A stretch of 64,000 nucleotides of DNA from Tetramitus jugosus (Eukaryota; Protista; Heterolobosea), in the NCBI GenBank assembly GCA_937625935.1, contig OW569393.1:186001-250000 (forward strand), given 5' to 3'. The position numbers were made by a program, and so were the translations under genes. Below, piece by piece: positions 57,604 to 64,000 of this stretch. Positions within the stretch are counted from its first letter, which is position 1; each line of letters starts with the position of its first letter. Under the pieces are notes generated by a model. It did not search any database. It saw only the letters and a program-made list of their open reading frames with translations, and had not been told where the DNA came from.

Positions 57604-59709
57604 CCAAAACCCTTGGGAAGATGAGTGTGTTGGTTCTTGCTTTTGTTGGCATTAAACATTCATCTGTTGGACGGTTGTCAGCTGCCCAAAGAGGATGAGC
57701 ATTTACGAGTTTTGGTGGTTGTGAAAAGTTTTCGTTTCTTGAGCTGCCCAAGAATGATTGATCGTGTTCAGGATGATGTACCTCTGCGCTAGAAACTATT
57801 GCTCCAGGTCTAATCGCATTCATAATTTCCAGTCAAGATAATGAGGAACTATTAAATAATACGACTGAATTGCAATTTGGCAAAATGGAAACAGTTACCG
57901 GTCGATTTGCTCTCGATTGGTAAAACCAGATTCTTCACATGTTGTTTCGATTGAATATATGAACCATATGAATGTTGTGAATCATTGGTGCAGCAACATT
58001 TACCAAATATCAATTATTTGAATCGAAGGAAATCACTAAATGGAGAAACAATGAGTAACGGTCAACAACTTTAGAAGTGTTGATTATTGAATGCATGTTA
58101 TTTTTGTTTAATATGTGCGTGTTAATCTGTTTGTTTCACCATTCATCATTGTCGCTGATTGGTGACTTTACAATACTCTTGCGCTGATTGGAGCCTAGCA
58201 TCTCCGTCATCAGCGTTTACCCAGAATCCGATTGTAAGCATTCCGCGATCCTTCTGAAGAATCTGTTGACGGCATGAAGCTGTCAGCATTCATGATCACT
58301 CCAATTATGTTCATTATGAAATAGGTATACTGGATGAATGGTTCATTGTAATTAGGGCAAGAATCATTGCTTCAGACAAATGGCTGAGCAGGAAATGAAT
58401 AAACAAAAGGGTTTTGACAATAATAGCAGATGCTCAATTAAGAGCAGGTGTTGACTGTAAGGAATCGAGAGTTTGTTGGTAGAAATATTCTGTAAGGACA
58501 ACCAATGGTTGAACAAGGTTACCTTCGTATTGATCATTTCAATCTCGGGTCTTATAAGTTTAAGAGTACGATGACAGTGAGGTACTCCTAGTGAAAAATC
58601 GGAACATGTTTCACTGATTTATGCTCGAACGGTCCCAGTTGATAAGTCGCCGATATCGTCTTGGAACCTGTGGAATTAACACAGAGAATAGCACGTGCAT
58701 TGTATGTTTCATCGTTGCAATGTCAATGTTCGAAAGCTCAATGAGATTTCCAACTTGTCCAGGATCAATCACAAACTCGACTGAGAGTTGTTGGTCAATT
58801 TGATCGACGAGAGCTTCGACTTTAAACCGATCTCCTCTTCTCACAATTTGCGGTTGTTCTACTCGTCAGCTCACGGGAATACAATGGTATGCCATCATAA
58901 TTAAAGGACCTTAGATGATTTCTTGCTTACATCCAACTTCACCACATGCCATACCACCGTGTTCTTATGGTTGAAACCCTGCAGCATACAAACACATGAA
59001 ATGGAGGTGATCATCATCCTTCTTTGTCCGGCTTCGAATAGTTCAGAAACTATCGACTTTGGTTGTTCTTGGGGCTGAAACTTAAAGGAATTGATGGCGA
59101 CCGTGATAGTATAAATACGCAGCGCTACGATGCATCTGGTGTTGCACAAGGTAGTGAGTTTCGGATCAATACCATCACCGGGAAAATCCAACTATCATTG
59201 ATTTAAGTGATGGTGGTTTTGTCGTCACTTGGGATAGCAATGGTGCTGGTGTTTATTCTCAGAGATTTGATTCAAATGGTTCATCTCATGGCAATGACAG
59301 CAACTTCGGCCATCTCATCCGTAAATGATGATCTTTTTATCGTCAGGTGGCAAAGCAATGACCAAGAAATGCTAAATGCTTGGCATTTATTCCCAGTACT
59401 TTGATGGGGTATGGTAACCCCCACGCTCAATCAACTGTCATTAACTATATATCAACAAGGAGAGATGTGATATTATTTTGGTAATCGGGCGCCTCGACTT
59501 TTTCATCGAAGGAGATCCATTCCGTGGATATAGCGTTCGATTCGGTTGGTTCAAAGCTATCCAGTATCCAGTATCTTTGTGAAATTAACCACCTAGCCAA
59601 TTTACACCATGAAATTGAAGATGATGAGAAGAGAGGCGAAGGTGGACTTGTGTTATGGTTGATATCAAGCTTTGCACGAAATGGTGTGGTATGGCCTTAC
59701 ATCAGAATG

Positions 59710-60900
59710 CAATGAACGTATTTATTCGTCCTCAAGTTCCAATAACTCCTCCCTCTCAACCCAGTTATCCATGCTTCCAAGATGTCATGATCAATTCTCA
59801 TCCCACAACCTACTGTCCAATCAAAATGATCTTCAGCAGCAACATCAACGGCAACCTGTGCATCCAATAAAACAACAACAACCACAGCAACAGCATGCGT
59901 AAGAAATGCAATCACAACCACTACACCCACAACAAACTCGACAAAGATATGCTTCCATTCCAAGGACTCCACATTTCATCCACTACACCATCGTCCATTC
60001 CTCGATCTGCTACAACAACAGCAAGTGTCATGACAAGTGGAACAACACGAAAGAAAAGGAACAGTACTGCCACTACCTTACCCACGCCACAGTCCTCCTG
60101 AGGACAGGAAATTCCGACCACGTCAACAGCAGATGCTTTTTCCTTCATGCACAATTTGGCACTACAAATCAATTCAACCCATCTGCATCTGCAAATGCTG
60201 GAAGTGCACCTGTTTATCCTCCTGATGTTGCTGCTGTTGAAGGTCAAGTCAATCTTCCATCGTTCCCCTCCCCATTGGCTGCTGCTGATACATCATCATC
60301 ATAAAAGACTCATCCCACCGGTCAACACAAAGCGGTACTCCACCACCAAGCTAGTTTTGGTTCAATCAAACACAAAAACAACAACAAGAAGCTGCTGTTA
60401 CATCATCTTCAAACAGAATCACAGATCGATCTGTGATTTGAAGAGTATATGGAGACGAAGTGTTGGCATATATCGATCCAATGTTGTTGTGAACAGTGTT
60501 TCAGGGTATATCAAGCAGGTACAAAATCTTGTCGGTCCATGATGCGTTATCATAGGTACATGAACCCAATGGGCACTTTGGATATTCCAAGGACAACAAG
60601 TGAGGTGAGAAGTGCCATTGATCAAATCAAATGGATGCAAGAAAGGAGAATTGCATACGGTGAATCAACTCATCAATTTGTATCAAACACACAGAGTGAT
60701 GTGTGCCAATGGTCTGGTTGTTCCTACACATGTACCAGTTAGGTCTCTTTCTTGCTGACACGCCACAGAGACACGATACTTGCAGGACAATAAGGCACAA
60801 CGTCAATTGTACATACTGTACATCAAGCTAGAAACAGAGCTTGGAAGCGGTTAACAACCATGGATTCACTCTAAGATCGGTACCTGCAACAAGGAGTATT
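59710..60900 (+). pseudogene. Frameshifted Q/P-rich gene remnant with Cys/His clusters
   Basis: Overlapping short ORFs with Q-rich coding bias and CEQC..MMRYH, CQWSGCSYTC; many stops. Confidence 0.35.
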
Positions 60901-61274
60901 CAAGAAAAATGGTTGAAAGCACAAACAAAAAGTGAGAAGGAGAGAATAGTTTCAAGCTCATATTCATCCATCATGTTTGATGGTCTGCCCGACTCTTCAA
61001 TTCATTTTGTGGCAATGTAATCTGAGGATCAAATTGAAACAACAACGATCAACGAATAATGTTGAGTCTCATGATGTTGGAAAAAAGAAAGGACGTTGAT
61101 TGACGCGGAGATTTGTCTACCTTTTTTTGCAGGAGGTTCAATAAAATCAAAAGCCGATTGACAGCAAAGTTATTGAAACTTCCTTTTTTTTGAGGAGGGA
61201 AGCAATGTGAAGTTGCAACTTTTCTGTCACAACTCACAACACAAAAACAACACTTGAAAAAAATTTACCAAAAT

Positions 61275-62444
61275 ATGGGAAACGTGATCGCTCAAATCAG
61301 TTATCATATCTTTGATACTGTACTCCTTTTGTTTCAAACTCTCCAATTTTTCATTCTCCTTTCACCAAAATCCCAATTCAACAATGCAACAACTCTCAAA
61401 AGGTTTCTCCAGAGCAAAAGAGGAAGAATGGTCATTCTCAGAACAGGAGACATTGTTCGCGTTCTTTCCCAACCACCGAAAGAAATGAAAAACAATCATC
61501 ACGAGCAAGAAGCAAACAACAGACAATCACAAAAAGACAAGTATGATATTAAACTTCAAAACCAGAAAATTCAAGATTTTTTGAAACAGAAACAAGAATT
61601 TTGTGACACCTTGATCAGAGAAAAGCATCAACTGCATGAACAGAATGAATATCTCAATCAATCATTGCAAAATTCCAACCGTGCAAAAGAAACACTCTCC
61701 AATGAATGTGAAAAATTGAGTAAGATTGTTGGGGAGCTGCAGAAAAGAATTGCTGACAAGAGTCAAGAGTTGATTGGTGTCACGGCTGACATGGACAGTT
61801 CCATTTTTTCAAGCAGTGACAGTGATGATGGCAAGATTAGACCTCAAATTGTACACAAGCAATTCGACACATTGATGGACATTATTCATGAACTTCAATT
61901 GGATATCAAGTCAAATTGTGATTCTAGTACTGAAGACTATAGTAAACGAATGAGCTATGTTTACAAGAAAATTCTTGAATCATTGTTTGATCCAGGATTG
62001 TGGAAGATATTGAAGAAGCCAATGGAATCCAAGAGATTGTTGAAGCAATCAATGTGCTTGGTTTTGACTGGAAAGCAAGAAAATGAAAAGGGAATGAACA
62101 AAGATTTATTGAAGAACTTCCTTTTGCCACCTATTGAATCCCATTTGAAGAAAATCATTGAAAAGGGGGCATTCAAAGATTTGTCAAATGAATTCACAAG
62201 CAAATTGATCAAAAAATCTGCTGAGAATGCACTGTTTCTTGCTGCACAACTCGTTGTTTCGAAACCAACAATGGGAATTATTGCACCAAAGAAAGGCAGT
62301 GACTTCAACCCAGACAAGCACGAAGATGCAACGTGTGAAACAAAAATGGTTGTGACATCAATCAAGAGACCTGGGTTGATTTGTGTGCGAGACAACAGAG
62401 TATTTGCCAAAGCATCTGTTGAAACAGAAACCAAAAACGCTTAA
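61275..62444 (+). CDS. Coiled-coil protein with GrpE-like C-terminal domain (paralog 1)
   Basis: Hydrophobic N-terminal stretch, coiled coil, C-terminal KGSDFNPDKHEDA..VVTSIKRPGL...RVFAKASVET. Confidence 0.7.
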   Translation: MGNVIAQISYHIFDTVLLLFQTLQFFILLSPKSQFNNATTLKRFLQSKRGRMVILRTGDIVRVLSQPPKEMKNNHHEQEANNRQSQKDKYDIKLQNQKIQDFLKQKQEFCDTLIREKHQLHEQNEYLNQSLQNSNRAKETLSNECEKLSKIVGELQKRIADKSQELIGVTADMDSSIFSSSDSDDGKIRPQIVHKQFDTLMDIIHELQLDIKSNCDSSTEDYSKRMSYVYKKILESLFDPGLWKILKKPMESKRLLKQSMCLVLTGKQENEKGMNKDLLKNFLLPPIESHLKKIIEKGAFKDLSNEFTSKLIKKSAENALFLAAQLVVSKPTMGIIAPKKGSDFNPDKHEDATCETKMVVTSIKRPGLICVRDNRVFAKASVETETKNA

Positions 62445-62550
62445 GGAGTGCCAATACACAAAGATTGGCGCTATTACCATCACTCACACATCAGTATCTA
62501 CAGAAAAGAATGAATTAAGATGATTATGTCTAATATTTTTATTTGAAATT

Positions 62551-64000
62551 CTAATGATTCTTTTTGCTTGTTGTCTCAACAAGACATTTCTTTTGTACTC
62601 TGTTGTCAACGACACAAATAAGACCTGGTCTCTTGACGAAAGTGACGACAAGCTCCGCTTCACATGTGGCATCTTCATGCTTTTCAGGATTAAATTGTTC
62701 CTTGTTCACTCTTGGAGCAATGACATCCAGTCTTGGTTCACAAACAAGGAGTTCAGCAGCCAAATCAATTGATACACGAGCACATTCATCAATATTGTTC
62801 TTGGTCTCATCATCATTCAAATCAACCAACTCTTTGAATTGAGACTTGATAATCTCACAAATGTTGTCATGAACAATACGATACAACTCCTTCTGTAATG
62901 TATCTCTTTCATCCTTTGTTCCCTCCTTTCCAGTCAAAATCTTGGCTGTTTTCAATTCATTACACTTTGGTTTCTTCTTCTTGTGGATTGATCTCCAAAA
63001 TCCTTCTCCAAACAGAGATTCAACCAACTTTTGTTGACATTTTCTTTTGGCCTTCTTGAATTCTCCTTCATCTGATCCATTATTTTCAGACTTTTTTGAC
63101 ATACAGCTCAACAATTCACTCAATGTGTCCATAGCATCGTCAAATGTCTTTGAAGCTCCTGCAATTTTGATCGCACCTGTGTCTGCATTATTGGCCAAGG
63201 AACGATCATTTATGGCCTTTTCATTGATCAAGAGTTGCTTTCCATCAGCAATTTCTTGTTCTTTTTTCTTCATTAATTCGTTCAATACTTCGATTTGTTG
63301 CAAGTAATTTGTCTTTGACTCCTTCAATTCGTTTTCAATTTTGGTAATCTTTGATTTGAGTTCGGAAATAACATCCTTTTGATTGCTGATCTCATATTCC
63401 TTATGTTTCACTTCTTCTTTACCTGTCTTGACATCATTCTTGAGATGAAAGATATCATTCTTTTGCTTTGTAATCTCTTGATTCAATTTCACGATCAATT
63501 CGTTCAATACTTCGATTTGTTGCAGGTAGTTTGTCTTTGACTCCTTCAATTCGTTATCAATTTTGGTAATCTTTGAGTTGAGTTGGGAAATTATATCCTT
63601 TTGATTGCTGATCTCATATTCCTTACGTTTCACTTCTTCTTTACCTGTCTTGACTTCATTCTTGAGATGAAAGATATCATTCTTTTGCTTTGTAATCTCT
63701 TGATTCAATTTCTTCACTTCATCTTCCTTTGTCTTCAACTTTCTTTCAATTTCGTCCAGTGTTTTTTTGCATTCATCATCTTTCTTCTTCATATCAGATT
63801 GCTTTTTGATGGTATCTGTATGGTTACGAATCTCTGTATTCTTCTTTTCAATGGATTCTCTGAGCTCTTTCACTTGATTTTGCAATTGTTTGATTTTGAC
63901 ATCGACGCTCTTGAGTATGTTAACGAAATCAGGGTTAATTTGGCAGACCAACAATTTTTCTTCCAGAGATTCAGCTGTTTCAATCAACTCCTTGATTAGA
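62551..64000 (-). CDS. Coiled-coil protein with GrpE-like C-terminal domain (paralog 2, 5' end probably outside the window)
   Basis: Long coiled coil; C-terminal EQFNPEKHEDA..VVTFVKRPGL...RVQKKCLVET, highly similar to paralog 1. Confidence 0.7.
   Translation of the reverse strand, partial: LIKELIETAESLEEKLLVCQINPDFVNILKSVDVKIKQLQNQVKELRESIEKKNTEIRNHTDTIKKQSDMKKKDDECKKTLDEIERKLKTKEDEVKKLNQEITKQKNDIFHLKNEVKTGKEEVKRKEYEISNQKDIISQLNSKITKIDNELKESKTNYLQQIEVLNELIVKLNQEITKQKNDIFHLKNDVKTGKEEVKHKEYEISNQKDVISELKSKITKIENELKESKTNYLQQIEVLNELMKKKEQEIADGKQLLINEKAINDRSLANNADTGAIKIAGASKTFDDAMDTLSELLSCMSKKSENNGSDEGEFKKAKRKCQQKLVESLFGEGFWRSIHKKKKPKCNELKTAKILTGKEGTKDERDTLQKELYRIVHDNICEIIKSQFKELVDLNDDETKNNIDECARVSIDLAAELLVCEPRLDVIAPRVNKEQFNPEKHEDATCEAELVVTFVKRPGLICVVDNRVQKKCLVETTSKKNH
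63275..63712 (-). repeat. In-frame 222-bp (74-codon) tandem duplication in the coiled coil
   Basis: 63275-63490 and 63497-63712 are near-identical (KLNQEITKQKNDIFHLKN...QQIEVLNEL twice). Confidence 0.92.

Noticed and set aside
58600-60900. RecQ-helicase / zinc-finger mobile element remnant
   Set aside because: Only a vague helicase-C-like stretch and scattered Cys pairs; no Walker A or DEAH motif could be found.
1238-63999. Numerous 60-160 aa ORFs antisense to or overlapping the called genes
   Set aside because: Shadow frames of real CDSs or microsatellites with no recognisable motifs.

Overview
Gene-dense eukaryotic DNA (short GT-AG introns of about 64-126 nt, Pol III tRNA, radial-spoke genes, a 7TM-RGS receptor, a DUF4116 remnant), most consistent with a flagellate-capable heterolobosean/Naegleria-like protist (inference). 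Positions 1-44 kb are mostly ordinary genes: F-box/LRR, Sec14, malectin-PA14-IPT protein, RSPH4/6, UMPS, adhesion-GPCR-like GPS-7TM-RGS, cyclase-like, CE2 esterase, Hsp20, RSPH10B-like, ArsB-family transporter, class III aminotransferase, SDR and BTB. Two regions stand out. (1) 14.56-17.17 kb is a stack of three nested, same-orientation non-LTR retroelement insertions. Two have clear poly(A) tails and target-site duplications, and all land about 34-46 bp upstream of a 5'-damaged tRNA-Ile(AAT) with their 5' ends facing it. The youngest is an intact ORF1-only unit that shares a structured 3' end with the ORF2-type copy. (2) 46-64 kb holds a head-to-head pair of HSPA12-like Hsp70 genes (one fused to a MIDAS vWA domain) and a tail-to-tail pair of coiled-coil proteins with a GrpE-like C-terminus. 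The two pairs are separated by about 10.5 kb of decayed DNA transposons from several superfamilies. Several single-base frameshifts in short homopolymers suggest assembly indels. All family calls come from motif recognition by eye; no database searches were run.
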